Origin: Candidatus Sulfobium sp.
GTDB taxonomy: Bacteria; Nitrospirota; Thermodesulfovibrionia; Thermodesulfovibrionales; UBA6898
NCBI GenBank assembly: GCA_037380845.1
Contig: JARRRI010000004.1
Span: forward strand, 52,252-116,251
Length of the DNA: 64,000 nucleotides
Reading direction: 5' to 3'
Within the stretch, counting starts at the first letter, position 1. Every line of letters begins with the position of its first letter. The notes beneath the pieces are model-generated. The model had not been told where the DNA came from, made no database searches, and saw only the letters and a program-made list of their open reading frames with translations. Both the position numbers and the translations under genes were made by a program. Of this stretch, positions 40,332 to 50,927 are shown piece after piece.

Positions 40332-42683
40332 ATGGCGAAAATAAGAGTATACGAACTGGCAAAGAAGCTCAATCTCCAGAGCAAGGAGATTGTGGAGGCG
40401 CTTTCCTCTATGGGCCTGGAGGGCAAGACCCATTCTTCGAGCATAGAAGAAGACATTGCCGAGAAGGTCTCAAAGGCCCTGAAAACAGAGGGCGCTGCCG
40501 GGGAGAAGAAGACGCCTTCTGCCCGGGAGGGCGGAAAAGCCGGCAAGGCCGCAGGCGTCCGGGAAGAAAGGGCGGCCCGGCCTGAAAAAGCTGCGGCTGA
40601 GGCCGGCCGGAAAGGCCGGGCAGGGGAAGAAAAACGAAAAGGCGGGCAGGAGAAGCAGGCTGCAGAGAAGGAGAGGCCCCCGGAAGAGAAGACCCCGTCA
40701 GCGGCCCTCGAAGCCGAAGAAGAGATAAAACTGCCCGACAGGTTCAAAAAGGATATCGAGGCGGAAAAGATCGAGAAGTTCAAGGCCAAGCCCGGTCTTC
40801 AGAGGGCTTTTCAGTCCATCAGGAAGATAGAGCCCAAGAAATGGCATGAAGTCAGAGGCGGCAAGAGGGGCGGTTCGAAGTTCGCGCCGCGGCAGGAACA
40901 GAAACCTCAGATACAGTCCACAATGCCGCGGAAGAAGGTCATCAAGCTCCGCGAGGGTACAACCGTCAAGGAGTTCTCGGAACTGCTGGGGCTCAAATTT
41001 TCCGATGTGATAAAGAAGTTCATGGAGTTGGGCTACATGCCTACCATCAACCAGCCTGTGGACCCTGATGCCGCCCTTCTAGTTGCTGAGGGTTTCGGCG
41101 TCAAGATGGAGTTGTCGTCCGTAGAGGAAGACGTCCAGGTCGAAGAAGTCGAAGAGGACGCCGCAAAACTGCAGCCGAGGGCCCCTGTCGTGACTATCAT
41201 GGGCCACGTCGACCACGGCAAGACGTCTCTCCTGGACGCGATACGAGAGACAAAGGTCACCGAAACCGAGGCGGGGGGAATTACCCAGCATATCGGGGCT
41301 TACAAGGTTAACCTCAAGGGGAAGGACATTGTCTTTCTCGATACGCCGGGTCACGAGGCGTTCACTTCGATGAGGGCCCGGGGGGCGAAGGTTACCGACG
41401 TCGTTGTTCTCGTTGTGGCTGCCGATGACGGCGTGATGCCTCAGACTGTTGAGGCGATCAACCATGCCAAGGCGGCGAACGTCCCGATCGTCGTGGCCGT
41501 AAACAAGATAGACAAGCCTGAAGCGAATGTGGACAGGGTAAAAAACGAGCTTTCCGAGCAGGGGATTATCTCCGAGGAATGGGGCGGACAGAATATATTT
41601 GTTGAGGTCTCGGCGAAGAAGCGGATGGGGATAGAGAACCTCCTTGAGATGATCCTCCTGCAGTCCGAAATGATGGAATTGCGTGCGAACCCCGAAAGAC
41701 AGGCGAGGGGAACGGTCGTGGAGGCGAAACTGGACAAGGGGAGGGGGCCAGTCGCTACGCTTCTCGTTCAGACCGGCCGGCTCCGGATCGGCGATGCGCT
41801 TTTGTCGGGGACCCATGTGGGCAAGGTGAGGGCATTGATCGACGACAGCGGCAAGAGGGTAGAGGAGGTCGGTCCTTCAACGCCCGTGGAAGTTATAGGC
41901 TTCTCCGAGGTCCCCAGCTCCGGCGATATATTTACAGTAGTCGAGGACGAAAAGCGAGCCCGGCAGATAGCGCTGTCCAGGCAGCAGAAGCAGAGGTCGC
42001 TGGAGATAGCAAGAGCGAAAAAACTGACCCTCGACGAACTTTATACCAAGATAAAAGAGGGGCAGATAAAGGAGCTGAACATCATCATCAAAGGTGACGT
42101 GCACGGTTCCGTGGAGGCGATCAAGGACGCCCTTGAGAATATCACCCATCCGGAGGTGAAAGTGAGGGTTATTCACACCTCGGTGGGGGGGATAAACGAG
42201 TCCGATGTGATGCTTGCTACGGCTTCCAATGCCATCATTATAGGGTTCAACGTAAGGCCTGAGGTGAAGGCCTCGCAGACCGCCGAAAAAGAGGGGGTTG
42301 ATATCCGGCTCTATAACGTTATCTATGAGGCGATAGAAGACGTCAAGAAGGCTTTGGAGGGGCTGCTGGAGCCGACCCTGAAGGAGAAGGTGCTCGGCCG
42401 GGCGGAAGTCAGGCAGCTGTTCCCCGTATCGCGACTCGGCACCATAGCCGGCTCCTATGTTACAGACGGCTATATATCCCGTGCCAGTGACGGCATCCGC
42501 GTTCTCAGGGACAACGTGGTTATTTACGAAGGCAAGATAAGCACGCTGAAGCGGTTCAAGGACGATGTCAAGGAAGTTCAGGCCGGCTACGAATGCGGGA
42601 TCCTCGTCGAGAATTTCAATGATCTCAAAGTCGGGGACATCCTGGAGAATTTCATAATCGAAAAAATAGCAGCAAAGCTGTAG
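40332..42683 (+). CDS. infB: Translation initiation factor IF-2
   Basis: [40 protein letters not shown]. Confidence 0.98.
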   Translation: MAKIRVYELAKKLNLQSKEIVEALSSMGLEGKTHSSSIEEDIAEKVSKALKTEGAAGEKKTPSAREGGKAGKAAGVREERAARPEKAAAEAGRKGRAGEEKRKGGQEKQAAEKERPPEEKTPSAALEAEEEIKLPDRFKKDIEAEKIEKFKAKPGLQRAFQSIRKIEPKKWHEVRGGKRGGSKFAPRQEQKPQIQSTMPRKKVIKLREGTTVKEFSELLGLKFSDVIKKFMELGYMPTINQPVDPDAALLVAEGFGVKMELSSVEEDVQVEEVEEDAAKLQPRAPVVTIMGHVDHGKTSLLDAIRETKVTETEAGGITQHIGAYKVNLKGKDIVFLDTPGHEAFTSMRARGAKVTDVVVLVVAADDGVMPQTVEAINHAKAANVPIVVAVNKIDKPEANVDRVKNELSEQGIISEEWGGQNIFVEVSAKKRMGIENLLEMILLQSEMMELRANPERQARGTVVEAKLDKGRGPVATLLVQTGRLRIGDALLSGTHVGKVRALIDDSGKRVEEVGPSTPVEVIGFSEVPSSGDIFTVVEDEKRARQIALSRQQKQRSLEIARAKKLTLDELYTKIKEGQIKELNIIIKGDVHGSVEAIKDALENITHPEVKVRVIHTSVGGINESDVMLATASNAIIIGFNVRPEVKASQTAEKEGVDIRLYNVIYEAIEDVKKALEGLLEPTLKEKVLGRAEVRQLFPVSRLGTIAGSYVTDGYISRASDGIRVLRDNVVIYEGKISTLKRFKDDVKEVQAGYECGILVENFNDLKVGDILENFIIEKIAAKL

Positions 42684-42867
42684 CAGATCCTGCCGCGGAT
42701 AGCCCTCAGTTCCGTGGAACCTGTCCGGGGACTTCCGACGACGCGGGGGGAGGAAGACGGAGGTTCTACCAGACAAAAACCCATGGCCTCTTGTTGCCGT
42801 TACTTCCCTGACCCGATCCGGCAGGACAAACAATAACCGGAAGAATCCGGCATTTCAAAGGTGAAAT

Positions 42868-43224
42868 ATGCTTCCATACAAACGTTCGGAAAGAGTGGCC
42901 GACCTTATCAGGGAGGAGATCGCCGATCTGATCATGTACAAACTTAAGGACCCCCGGATCGGCTTCGTTACCGTGACAGGGGTGGAGATGACCCCGGACC
43001 TGAAGATGGCCAGGGTATTTGTGAGCATTCTCAGGGAGGAAGAGCGGGAGGGCACGCTCGAAATACTGAACGCATCAAAAAGTTTCATCCGTTCGTCTCT
43101 CTCAAAGAGACTGAGACTGAAATTCATCCCCAGCATTGAGTTCAGACTGGATACCTCGATCGACTACGGCTTCAAGATAGACAGGCTCCTGAAGGAGATA
43201 AAGAAAGATGATGAAGGCTCCTAA
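42868..43224 (+). CDS. rbfA: Ribosome-binding factor A
   Basis: RSERVAD, KDPRIGFVTVT, PSIEFRLD. Confidence 0.95.
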   Translation: MLPYKRSERVADLIREEIADLIMYKLKDPRIGFVTVTGVEMTPDLKMARVFVSILREEEREGTLEILNASKSFIRSSLSKRLRLKFIPSIEFRLDTSIDYGFKIDRLLKEIKKDDEGS

Positions 43225-44161
43225 AGAAATTCTTTCGGTCTTTAAGAGGGAGAAAAGGTTCCTTGTGGCGACGCACATCAGCCCAGACGGCGACACGATC
43301 GGCTCGGGGCTGGCGCTCGCGGCGGCCCTGGAGGCCATGGGGAAGGAAACCGCCGTCTACTGCCGGGACCGGATCCCGAAGTACTACCGCTTCCTCCCGG
43401 GGCAGGAGAAAATTGCCCGCGGGCTGAAGGAAGTGACGAAGACCGCGCGGGTACTGGTCCTCCTTGACTGCAACAGCGCGCAAAGGGCCGGGGTCGAGAG
43501 ACATACGTTTCCGCTTTCGGTGGTGATCGACCACCATGAAACCGGCAGCGACTTCGGGGACTTGAGATGGATTGAGCCGGGTGCCGCTGCGACCGGGTTA
43601 ATGGTCTATCATGTGATAAAGGCCATGGGTGTGCGTTTCACGCGGGAGATGGCGGTCAATCTCTACACCGCAATCGCCGTCGATACCGGAACGTTCCGCT
43701 TCAGCAATACGTCTGCGGAAGTGCTTGCTGCCGGCGCTGAACTTGTCAGATACGGCGCCGACCCGGGACACATCTCCCGGCAGTTGTATGAATCCTGGGA
43801 GGAGAAGAGGTTCAGATTGCTCATGATGACCCTCGACACTCTGGAAATAAAGGACAGGATGGCCATTGTTTTTATCACGCGGGAAATGTTCGACAAGACC
43901 CGCACCAGGGCCGCCGACACCGAAAATTTCCCTAATTTCCCCAAGATGATCGGCGCGGTCGAGGTATCGGCGTCGTTCAGGCAAAAAGGTGCAAAGACCT
44001 GGAAGGTCAGTCTGAGGTCAAGGGGAAAAGTAAACGTTGCCGGGATAGCCGAACTCTTCGGCGGCGGAGGACATGCCAATGCCGCTGGTTACGAAACGGA
44101 GGGAAGCGCAAGGACTGTAAAAGACGCCCTTTTCAGGGCGTACGAAGGCCACCGGAAGTAA
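43208..44161 (+). CDS. nrnA: DHH/DHHA1 phosphoesterase (NrnA-like)
   Basis: HISPDGD, IDHH, DTGTFRF, SLRS, GGGHANAAG. Confidence 0.88.
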   Translation: MMKAPKEILSVFKREKRFLVATHISPDGDTIGSGLALAAALEAMGKETAVYCRDRIPKYYRFLPGQEKIARGLKEVTKTARVLVLLDCNSAQRAGVERHTFPLSVVIDHHETGSDFGDLRWIEPGAAATGLMVYHVIKAMGVRFTREMAVNLYTAIAVDTGTFRFSNTSAEVLAAGAELVRYGADPGHISRQLYESWEEKRFRLLMMTLDTLEIKDRMAIVFITREMFDKTRTRAADTENFPNFPKMIGAVEVSASFRQKGAKTWKVSLRSRGKVNVAGIAELFGGGGHANAAGYETEGSARTVKDALFRAYEGHRK

Positions 44162-44182
44162 TCCGGCCGGGAGAAGGGACTG

Positions 44183-45124
44183 TTGCCGGACGGCGCCAAT
44201 ATAATAATCAACCTTAACAAGCCCCGGGATATAACTTCCCAGGGGGCGGTTTCGCGGGTGAAGAGGCTGCTGGGGGTGAGGAAGGCGGGGCACGCCGGAA
44301 CACTCGATCCCCTTGCCACGGGTATTCTTCTGGTCTGCCTGAATGAGGCCACCAAAGTCACCAGGTTCCTCATGGACATGGACAAGGAGTATGTGGCCCG
44401 GGTAAAACTGGGGGAAAGAACGGATACCTGTGATTCCCGGGGCACGGTGATCGAAAAGAGACATGTGCCTCCGCTGGAGAAAGCGGCGATCGAAAGTGTC
44501 GCCTCGATGTTCCTGGGCACGATCAGTCAGAAGCCTCCGATGTATTCTGCCGTCAAGATCGGCGGCAAGACTCTCCACAAACTCGCACGCAAAGGAATCG
44601 AGATCGAGAGACCGGAACGGCGGGTCGAGATCCATGACATCCGCGTGCTGGAAGTGGAACTTCCTTATTTCGACCTCTCTGTTTCCTGTTCCAAAGGGAC
44701 TTATATCAGGACGCTTTGCGACGATATGGGGACAAGGCTCGGTACGGGGGCGCATCTTACGGCGCTGGAAAGGACAAGGGTCGGGTTCTTTTCAGTGGAT
44801 GACGCAGTGAGCCTCGAGGGGTTGGGCGGAGAGGGAAGTGTCTTTTCCCGAAGGTCTTTTTGTTCAATAGACCAGGTGCTCTCAGGACTGCCCGAAATAA
44901 TATTCTCCGACCAGGAGTACAGACTGATAAAAAACGGAGTCCGTATAAGATCGCCGAAAGTCAACGAATTGGCGGACGGATCCCACGTAAGATTGAAGGC
45001 CCCCCGGGGAAAACTTTTCGGCATCGGCAGGATAAACTCCGGCGTAATACGGGTCGAGAGACTTCTTCATCTCCCACCAAATTCCGAGCAGGAATGTGAT
45101 CTAGATCACAAAACCTTAAACTAA
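44183..45124 (+). CDS. truB: tRNA pseudouridine(55) synthase
   Basis: GHAGTLDPLATG, PPMYSAVK, CSKGTYIR. Confidence 0.96.
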   Translation: MPDGANIIINLNKPRDITSQGAVSRVKRLLGVRKAGHAGTLDPLATGILLVCLNEATKVTRFLMDMDKEYVARVKLGERTDTCDSRGTVIEKRHVPPLEKAAIESVASMFLGTISQKPPMYSAVKIGGKTLHKLARKGIEIERPERRVEIHDIRVLEVELPYFDLSVSCSKGTYIRTLCDDMGTRLGTGAHLTALERTRVGFFSVDDAVSLEGLGGEGSVFSRRSFCSIDQVLSGLPEIIFSDQEYRLIKNGVRIRSPKVNELADGSHVRLKAPRGKLFGIGRINSGVIRVERLLHLPPNSEQECDLDHKTLN

Positions 45125-45199
45125 TTTCTACATATTAGATTTGAACTGTCTGATATAACAGAATTATTTTGTCAAAAAAACCTTGACGGCAGGGGGCCC

Positions 45200-46228
45200 A
45201 TAGGCCTGGACATAGGATCGAGCTACATCAAGACTGTCAAGCTGAAAGAATCAAAGGGCGGCTATGAACTTGAACTATTCGACATCCATCCCCTTCCGGC
45301 CGAGCTCATTGTCGACGGCGCCATAATAGACTCCCTCCGGCTGGTCGACTCGATAAAGGAGATGATCGAGAAGGCCGGATTAAAGTCGAAGGAGGCTGTT
45401 ATATCGATTTCCGGCCACTCTTCAGTGATCATCAAACGGATCTCTTTGCCCGAAATGTCCGAGGAGGAACTTTCAGAGTCCATAAAATTCGAGGCCGAGC
45501 AGTATGTGCCCTTCGACATTGAAGACGTGAACCTCGATTTTCAGATCATCGGACCGAAGGAGGAGCCCGGCCAGATGGACGTCATCCTTGTAGCGGTTAA
45601 GAAGGAGATAATCAACGAATACACTTCCGCTGTCAAAGATGCCGGCCTTACGCCCGTTGTCGTGGATATAGATTCCTTTGCCCTCGAAAACATGTACGGC
45701 ATAAATTACGAAGTCGAGGCTGGAAGAAATGTTGCCCTGGTGAATATAGGGGCAAGCACAATAAATGTGAGCATCCTCAAAGGAGGCATTTCGGTCTTCA
45801 CGAGGGACAGTTCTCTCGGCAGCAATGTCCACACGGAGGCGCTGCAGAGAGAATTCAACATCCCGTACGAGACGGCGGAAAGGCTGAAAAGAGGGGAGCC
45901 GGTCGAAAACATCGCGCAGGAGGACGCCCTGTCGGTTATCGGATCGGCCTCGCAAGAGATACTCGGAGAACTAGTCAGGTCTTTCGACTACTATCGTACC
46001 ACCACCCTCCACGAGGATATTTCAGAGGTTATACTAAGCGGGGGCTGCGCCCTGCTCGGGAACTTCGCATCCATGATCGCCGAAAAAGCGGGCGTGGAGA
46101 CGAGATTGGCCGAGCCGTTCCGCAACATCAAAATACCGAAGAGCTTCGACAGGGTTTACGTAGAAGAGATCGCCCCCATAATGGCGGTCGCCGTCGGGCT
46201 GGCCCTCAGAAAGCAGGGAGACAGATGA
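45200..46228 (+). CDS. pilM: Type IV pilus assembly protein PilM; 5' end lacks an in-frame canonical start
   Basis: IGLDIGSSYIK at 45200 is in frame with the listed ORF (45362); EAEQYVPF, NIGAS, LSGG, AVGLALR. Confidence 0.88.
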   Translation: MGLDIGSSYIKTVKLKESKGGYELELFDIHPLPAELIVDGAIIDSLRLVDSIKEMIEKAGLKSKEAVISISGHSSVIIKRISLPEMSEEELSESIKFEAEQYVPFDIEDVNLDFQIIGPKEEPGQMDVILVAVKKEIINEYTSAVKDAGLTPVVVDIDSFALENMYGINYEVEAGRNVALVNIGASTINVSILKGGISVFTRDSSLGSNVHTEALQREFNIPYETAERLKRGEPVENIAQEDALSVIGSASQEILGELVRSFDYYRTTTLHEDISEVILSGGCALLGNFASMIAEKAGVETRLAEPFRNIKIPKSFDRVYVEEIAPIMAVAVGLALRKQGDR

Positions 46229-46764
46229 TAAAGGTAAACCTACTCCCGGTAAAGAAGAAGAGAAGGGCAAAGCCGGTACCCGGCTTTCTCGTCGCGGCCG
46301 TAGTATTGCCAATAGCGACGGCGGCAGTGCTCGTCTATGTCATCTATTCGATGAACGCCGCGCTGACCTCAAGGAAGGACCTGGTCGCGAAAAACGACAA
46401 GAAGATCGCCCAGCTGAAGGAGAAGATCAAGTCTGTGACGGATTACGAAAAGCGGAACGCGGAGTACAAGAAGCGGAAGGAACTTGTAGAGAAGCTGAGC
46501 AGGAACAGGACCCTTCCCGTCAAGGCGCTCGACGAGATAAGCTCCCTCCTGCCTGCGGGAGTATGGCTCAATTCGCTGAAACTCAGCGGCGACAATATCA
46601 GTCTGTCGGGGACGGCGTTTACGAACACCGACGTAGTCAACTATGTCAACAACTGCAAGAATTCCCGGATGTTTACCAATGTATACCTGGGAGAATCGGT
46701 CCAGACCAGTATTTCGGGATTTTCCGCTTATAACTTCAGATTGACGTTCAAGGTGAAGTCATAA
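46225..46764 (+). CDS. pilN: Type IV pilus assembly protein PilN
   Basis: MIKVNLLP motif, TM, coiled coil, P.GVWL. Confidence 0.92.
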   Translation: MIKVNLLPVKKKRRAKPVPGFLVAAVVLPIATAAVLVYVIYSMNAALTSRKDLVAKNDKKIAQLKEKIKSVTDYEKRNAEYKKRKELVEKLSRNRTLPVKALDEISSLLPAGVWLNSLKLSGDNISLSGTAFTNTDVVNYVNNCKNSRMFTNVYLGESVQTSISGFSAYNFRLTFKVKS

Positions 46765-47375
46765 TGGCCAGACCGGATATAAGAAGCCTGCCGTCCTATG
46801 CCCGGATAATAATAGCCGTGCTCCCGGCAGTGCTTATCTCTGCGATTGTCATTATATTCATGGTGATGCCCAGGCAGAAGGAGATTAAGCAGCTCGATGC
46901 CAGGCTGGACAAACAGAACAACGAGATAGCCGCAGCCCAGGCCAAGGTGGCGAGACTCGACGTTCTCATAAAGGAGAACGAAAGGCTCAAGGTCAGGTGG
47001 GACGAATTGAAACAGCAGCTGCCGGAGGAGAGCGAGGTCTCGGGGCTTCTGAAGCAGGTGTCGGACAAAAGCCTCGCTTCGGGACTCGATATGCGTTCCT
47101 GGAGGCCGGGCTCCAAAAGGGTGTATCCCGGCGGCGTCGTTTACGAAATACCGGTTTCAGTACAAGTAAGCGGTACTTTTCACAATTTCGGCGGATTCCT
47201 TGGCAGCCTGACCCGGCTTAACAGAATTGTGAATGTGAACAACATACAGATGGGGAGCCCGAAGTTGAAGGGAGGAAGCAGTATCCTGCAGATATCCTTC
47301 ACGGCGGCAACTTACTCGGCCATTCCTGAAAAAGAGATCGGGAAGGGCAAAAAAGGCGGGAGGGGCAGGAAATGA
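46764..47375 (+). CDS. pilO: Type IV pilus assembly protein PilO
   Basis: TM, coiled coil, QLPEESEV, GTFHNFGGFL..L.RIVNV. Confidence 0.92.
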   Translation: MARPDIRSLPSYARIIIAVLPAVLISAIVIIFMVMPRQKEIKQLDARLDKQNNEIAAAQAKVARLDVLIKENERLKVRWDELKQQLPEESEVSGLLKQVSDKSLASGLDMRSWRPGSKRVYPGGVVYEIPVSVQVSGTFHNFGGFLGSLTRLNRIVNVNNIQMGSPKLKGGSSILQISFTAATYSAIPEKEIGKGKKGGRGRK

Positions 47376-47893
47376 GGCGTCCGCTGGGGATACTTGCCTG
47401 TCTTCTGCTGGCCCTCTCACTGGCCGTTTCCGGGGGATGCGACAAGGCGCCTGTCCAGAGCAGGAAACAAGTGGCTAAAAAAGCAAAGCCGGCGCCCCGG
47501 GTTGTTGCCGTGCAGAAGCAGGAAAAGAAACAGCAGCCGGAGGTCTACGAATATGAACCGGCGGGCAGGAGGGACCCTTTCACCTCACTCATCGCGATAG
47601 CCAAGGAGAAGCAGCAGCAGAAAAAGTCGCCCAATCCCATGGAAAATTTCGATGTCAGTGAAATAAGCTTGACCGCCATCGTATGGGCCGGGGACCATTA
47701 TTACGCGCTCATTACACTGCCGAACAACAAGTCTTATACCATAACTAAAGGGATGACGCTGGGCCTTTACGGCGGCAAAGTCGAGAAGATTACAAGGGAT
47801 TCCGTCCTGGTCAGGGAACAGGTGCGGGATTACAGGGGGCGACTCAAAACTAAAGACACTATATTGAGACTCCGCAAGGAGGGAGAACAATGA
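47372..47893 (+). CDS. pilP: Type IV pilus lipoprotein PilP
   Basis: Signal ending SGGC, RDPF, PMENF, G..LG..GGKV. Confidence 0.9.
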   Translation: MRRPLGILACLLLALSLAVSGGCDKAPVQSRKQVAKKAKPAPRVVAVQKQEKKQQPEVYEYEPAGRRDPFTSLIAIAKEKQQQKKSPNPMENFDVSEISLTAIVWAGDHYYALITLPNNKSYTITKGMTLGLYGGKVEKITRDSVLVREQVRDYRGRLKTKDTILRLRKEGEQ

Positions 47894-50211
47894 AAAGATA
47901 TATCCTCTTGAGACTACTTCTGCCTGTCATACTGGTGGCGTTGGCCGCAGGGTGCGCGACGTCTTCCAATGTGCGGCAGTCCGCCACTGAAGATGAAGCG
48001 GTAATCACGGGCATAAACCTTGGGGACAACAGTCTCGCGATCAGCAGTAACAAACATTTTACCTATACGATCTACTCCACCGATGACCCCTACAGGATCA
48101 CCGTGAACATCCCCGACATGTCGGCCGGCGGTTTTACCAGCAGGATAGTCTCGGAGAAGGCCGGTTTTACGGAGGTCATTCCCCGGCAGACCCCCGGCTC
48201 GGTAAAGATCGATGTCGTACTTCAGTCTCCGGTTCCGGTAGAGCCTTCTTACAAGGACAATACCCTCACCATCCGGGTGAAGGCGGAAGAACCCGCGGGC
48301 GCCGAAGGGCCTGCCACCTCAAAGGAGAGCATGAAGGCTGCGGACGAGCCGACCGCAGAAGCTGAATCCGCAGCCGGGGGCGAACCGATGGGCACGCCTC
48401 TGCACGAAGACAAAATATCCGGCGAAGATGAACCCGCTAAGGCGACTGCTGAAGCAGCCGGAGAGACGTCCGAAGCCCGGCCCGAAAAGGCGGCGGATGA
48501 AAGTGCCGGGAACGGCGCTCCCTCGAAACAGAAGGCGACCGAGATCACGGCGGTGAAACTCGAAAGGTCGGGTGCGGCGGTGAAGGTCGTCATCAGCGGC
48601 AACGGGACCATGGTCCCCAATGTCTTTCCCCTTGGCAAGAGGATAGTTATCGACATCCCCGCCGTTACCATGAATGCCTCGCTGCCTGAAAGTGTTATTT
48701 CTCCTCTTACCGGCATACGGGCCGGAAAGCACAGGCATAAGATAAGGGTGGTGCTGGACCTTAAGGAAAAAACAGGTTTTGAGGTCGCGGCAGTCGGAGA
48801 CTCGGTCGAGATTTTGCTGGAAAAGAAAGGCATGGTCGCGGAGGCCACGCCTTCTGCTGAAGCCGAAGCCCCCGGCGAGGCCGCCTCAAAGGCAGCCACA
48901 CCTCCGCCGCTGGAGACCCCGGTGGGGAAGATAGCGGCCGGAGAGACTGCGGCAACCGGCGGCGCGATGGCTAAGGCCGGTGTGAAGGCATTGGGCGGAG
49001 GCAAGTACAAGGGGAAGAAGATATCCCTTGATTTTCAGGACGCGGAAATAGGGCCTATTTTCAGGCTGCTGGCGGACGTGAACGGCTACAACCTCGTCCT
49101 CGACCGGTCCGTACACGGGCGGATCACGATCAAACTTATGAATGTCCCCTGGGACCAGGCACTGGAGATTATACTGAACAGCACGACGCCTCCGCTGAGT
49201 TACAGGCTGGAGGGTAATATCCTGTGGGTGGCGCCCGTGAGCAAATTCGAGGCGCTGGTTAAAGAAAAGGAAAAATTGAGGAGCGCGGAGGAGAACGTCG
49301 AACCGCTGAAACAGGAGATCATACGGGTGAATTACTCCTCGGCGTCTGCTATCCAGTCCGCCATCAGCAGTGGAAAACTGCTGAGCCCGAGGGGGAGCAT
49401 AACCATCGACAGCAGAATGAACACCCTCATCGTGAAGGACACCCAGAACAGCATCGACAAGATGAAAGACCTGGTAAAGATAATGGATGTGGCTAAGCCC
49501 CAGGTCATGATAGAGGCCAAGATTGTGCAGGTCTCGAACGACTACAACCGGTCGCTCGGCATAAGGTGGGGCGGGTCCTTTACTACCCAGACGTTCCCGA
49601 ATGTCGTAGACGGCAATTTCTCGGTCAACACCCCGACCGTGACGGGGGGTCCTGATCAGAACAGTCCCGGCGGCACTATGGGCATGACCGTCGGCCACGC
49701 CAATACCCTTCAGGTGAAGTTGTCCCTGGAGGCGCTGGAATCCATAGGCAAGGCGAAGACCCTGTCGAACCCGAAGATCCTGACGATGGATAACGAGTCG
49801 GCGACTATCCAGCAAGGTAAGACATTCTTCATCCCGCTGACGAGCCAGGCCGGCCCCACGACCCAGACGCAGCAGGCGACACTTAGCCTCACCGTCACCC
49901 CGAAGATCGCCCCCGACGGCTATGTCCAGCTGAAGGTGAATGCAACCGACAACAGCCTTGAGCCCGGGACGGCCGGGGCCCAGGCGGTGGTCGATACGAA
50001 GAGCCTCACTACCCAGGCGCTGGTGAGCAACGGAGAGACGCTGGTTCTGGGCGGCATCTATACCAACGTCGAAACTGATAGTAGAGACCGGGTCCCTCTG
50101 CTGGGTAAAATACCTGTAATCGGATGGCTGTTCAAAACAGATACGAAGGTAGAGAGTGTATCGGAGTTGTTGATCTTCATAACACCGAGGATAGTCAAGC
50201 ATGAGATGTAA
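47890..50211 (+). CDS. pilQ: Type IV pilus secretin with AMIN domains
   Basis: LAAGC lipobox, AMIN-like domains, KISLDFQDA, VPWDQAL, QVMIEAKIV, VPLLGKIPVIGWLF, ELLIFITPRI. Confidence 0.95.
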   Translation: MKRYILLRLLLPVILVALAAGCATSSNVRQSATEDEAVITGINLGDNSLAISSNKHFTYTIYSTDDPYRITVNIPDMSAGGFTSRIVSEKAGFTEVIPRQTPGSVKIDVVLQSPVPVEPSYKDNTLTIRVKAEEPAGAEGPATSKESMKAADEPTAEAESAAGGEPMGTPLHEDKISGEDEPAKATAEAAGETSEARPEKAADESAGNGAPSKQKATEITAVKLERSGAAVKVVISGNGTMVPNVFPLGKRIVIDIPAVTMNASLPESVISPLTGIRAGKHRHKIRVVLDLKEKTGFEVAAVGDSVEILLEKKGMVAEATPSAEAEAPGEAASKAATPPPLETPVGKIAAGETAATGGAMAKAGVKALGGGKYKGKKISLDFQDAEIGPIFRLLADVNGYNLVLDRSVHGRITIKLMNVPWDQALEIILNSTTPPLSYRLEGNILWVAPVSKFEALVKEKEKLRSAEENVEPLKQEIIRVNYSSASAIQSAISSGKLLSPRGSITIDSRMNTLIVKDTQNSIDKMKDLVKIMDVAKPQVMIEAKIVQVSNDYNRSLGIRWGGSFTTQTFPNVVDGNFSVNTPTVTGGPDQNSPGGTMGMTVGHANTLQVKLSLEALESIGKAKTLSNPKILTMDNESATIQQGKTFFIPLTSQAGPTTQTQQATLSLTVTPKIAPDGYVQLKVNATDNSLEPGTAGAQAVVDTKSLTTQALVSNGETLVLGGIYTNVETDSRDRVPLLGKIPVIGWLFKTDTKVESVSELLIFITPRIVKHEM

Positions 50212-50280
50212 ACATGGCAACGAAATTTATCGGGGTCTGATTTCGGTATTGAGGAATAGAGAAAAAAGCGAGGAGGAGTG

Positions 50281-50913
50281 ATGAAGGACATATACCTTGG
50301 ATTCATATCGATATTATTATTCCCGTTGCTGCTGGCGGGCTGCGGGGGCGGCTCGGGCGCTCCGGGTTCCTCGGGCAGCGCCGATACGGGTGTTCTTGTG
50401 CAGTCTGTCGGTGCGGTCGTCTCCACCCCTACGTCGAGTGGAGGTACGGCGGGCGGTGGCGGCACCTCAAATCCCGACATCGACACGGCCATTCACCTCT
50501 GCCCGGGCGGGGAGCCTGAGGCCGGCCTTTTCAGGACGGACGCCATACTCACGGTCTCGACCGCAGCGCTTAATCCTGATACGGCTTCAGACCCTTTTCC
50601 TGCCAGCGTAGAAAGGTGCACTATCACTTACAAAAAGGCCGATGAAGACCCGGCGGCGCCGATCATCCCGGAATTTACAGCGTATCCTAACTGCCCGCTT
50701 ATCGATGGTGAAAATACATGCATAATGACGTTCATGGACATCCAGAGGAAGGTCGATTTCTGGGACGCCCTCGTGGGGGCAACCAATTACCCCGCTACTT
50801 ATCCGACCCACTATATTGGGGTGATCAACTGCTCATACATGAACGCCTTCGGCAAGAGCGGCAATTTCCAGACCGAAGTGGACGTCTGGCTGGCCGATTT
50901 CGATTTGTGCTGA
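50281..50913 (+). CDS. Cys-rich hypothetical lipoprotein
   Basis: Lipobox LLAGC, Gly/Ser linker, six further Cys including the last residue; SD AGGAGG. Confidence 0.75.
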   Translation: MKDIYLGFISILLFPLLLAGCGGGSGAPGSSGSADTGVLVQSVGAVVSTPTSSGGTAGGGGTSNPDIDTAIHLCPGGEPEAGLFRTDAILTVSTAALNPDTASDPFPASVERCTITYKKADEDPAAPIIPEFTAYPNCPLIDGENTCIMTFMDIQRKVDFWDALVGATNYPATYPTHYIGVINCSYMNAFGKSGNFQTEVDVWLADFDLC

Positions 50914-50927
50914 TAGGGGAGGAGAAG

